DNA of 64,000 nt from Sphyrna mokarran (Eukaryota): positions 108,500,001 to 108,564,000 of the forward strand of contig JAGIQG010000007.1 in NCBI GenBank assembly GCA_024679065.1, in the 5' to 3' direction. Shown piece after piece: positions 63,310 through 64,000 of this stretch (its first letter is position 1; the number at the start of each line of letters is the position of its first letter). Under the pieces are notes generated by a model, which searched no databases, was not told the origin of the DNA, and saw nothing but the letters and a program-made list of their open reading frames with translations. The position numbers and the translations under genes are program-made.

Positions 63310-64000
63310 CCGCTGAATGCCTGTCCAAGTTCCCTTGGAGCAGCACGGAGAGGCAGCGATTTGGGAGAGCGTGAAGTTTGAGTGTTAAGTAGTTTTTAAC
63401 TTTTCTCTTTGTTTAAAATAGCGAGCGGGGGTAGTTTTTGCCGTTTTTATTTAAACTAACTGGAAACCGGAAGTCGTCATTAGGAGGCTGCCAGTAGTTG
63501 TAGTTTTCTCTGTCTCTATAAATTGGTACAGAGAGGAAACCCGATACTCTACACAGGTAGAGTATCCCACCCTCCCACCTCCTCTAACCTAATAATAAAA
63601 GTGTGTGAGAAGTTTTTTTTTCTCTCTCCTGGAAATTAAAGTACAGGGATGGCAGTGCAGGCAGTACGTTGCACCTCCTGCGGTATGTACAAGGTGAGGG
63701 ACACCAGTAGAGTTCCTGCTGATTACACCTGCAGCAAGTGTGCACATTTGCAGCTCCTTGAAGATCGTGTTAAGGAGCTGGAGCTGGAATTAGAGGAACT
63801 CAGGGTAATTCGAGAGGTTGAGGAGGATATTGGCAGGAGTAACAAAGAGATAGTCACTCCTAAAAGTGATTCTTGGGTAACTATTAGGAGGAGGGGTAAG
63901 AAGCAATCGGGTAGACAATCCCCTGGGGCTGTTCCCCTCCAAAACAAATTTTCTGTCTTGGAAGCTACAGTTGAGGAAGAATCAACTGGAGATGACCAAA
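63310..64000 (+). mobile_element. 5' end of an apparently full-length CR1 (5' UTR + ORF1), cut by the window edge
   Basis: Relatively CpG-rich UTR with accggaagt at ~63467, followed by an open ORF1. The 5' boundary is approximate. Confidence 0.85.
63649..64000 (+). CDS. CR1 ORF1p N-terminus (zinc finger + leucine zipper), open to the window end
   Basis: MAVQAVRCTSCGMYKVRDTSRVPADYTCSKCAHLQLLEDRVKELELELEELRVIRE...VPLQNKFSVLE. No stop within the window, so it is absent from the ORF track. Confidence 0.9.
   Translation, partial: MAVQAVRCTSCGMYKVRDTSRVPADYTCSKCAHLQLLEDRVKELELELEELRVIREVEEDIGRSNKEIVTPKSDSWVTIRRRGKKQSGRQSPGAVPLQNKFSVLEATVEEESTGDDQ

Overview
Eukaryotic, vertebrate genomic DNA. The repeat repertoire (CR1 LINEs with (TTCTATG)n tails, HE1/V-SINEs, Penelope-like elements) suggests a cartilaginous fish such as a shark; this is my inference and was not database-checked. 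No intact host protein-coding gene was identified, so the window reads as intronic or intergenic DNA dominated by transposable elements. Contents: many CR1 fragments (one composite ORF1+ORF2 copy, one young 1.9-kb ORF2 copy, and one 5'-intact copy running off the right edge); V-SINEs; a decayed Gypsy gag-pol; several Penelope-like (PLE) insertions, mostly fold-backs carrying minimal hammerhead ribozyme motifs; a LINE whose 5' end is a tRNA-SINE-like head; Vingi-, Rex1- and Harbinger-like remnants; a 42-bp minisatellite (31.5 units); and a processed pseudogene of SNRPD3 (Sm D3) that the ORF track shows only in fragments. Most interesting: a perfect 102-bp-arm hammerhead fold-back with a TSD (7026-7265); hammerhead covariation across three PLE subfamilies; a CR1 lineage carrying a headless V-SINE core in its 3' UTR; and a LINE/SINE pair sharing both ends. 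All family names come from motif recognition by eye, and boundaries of old elements are approximate.
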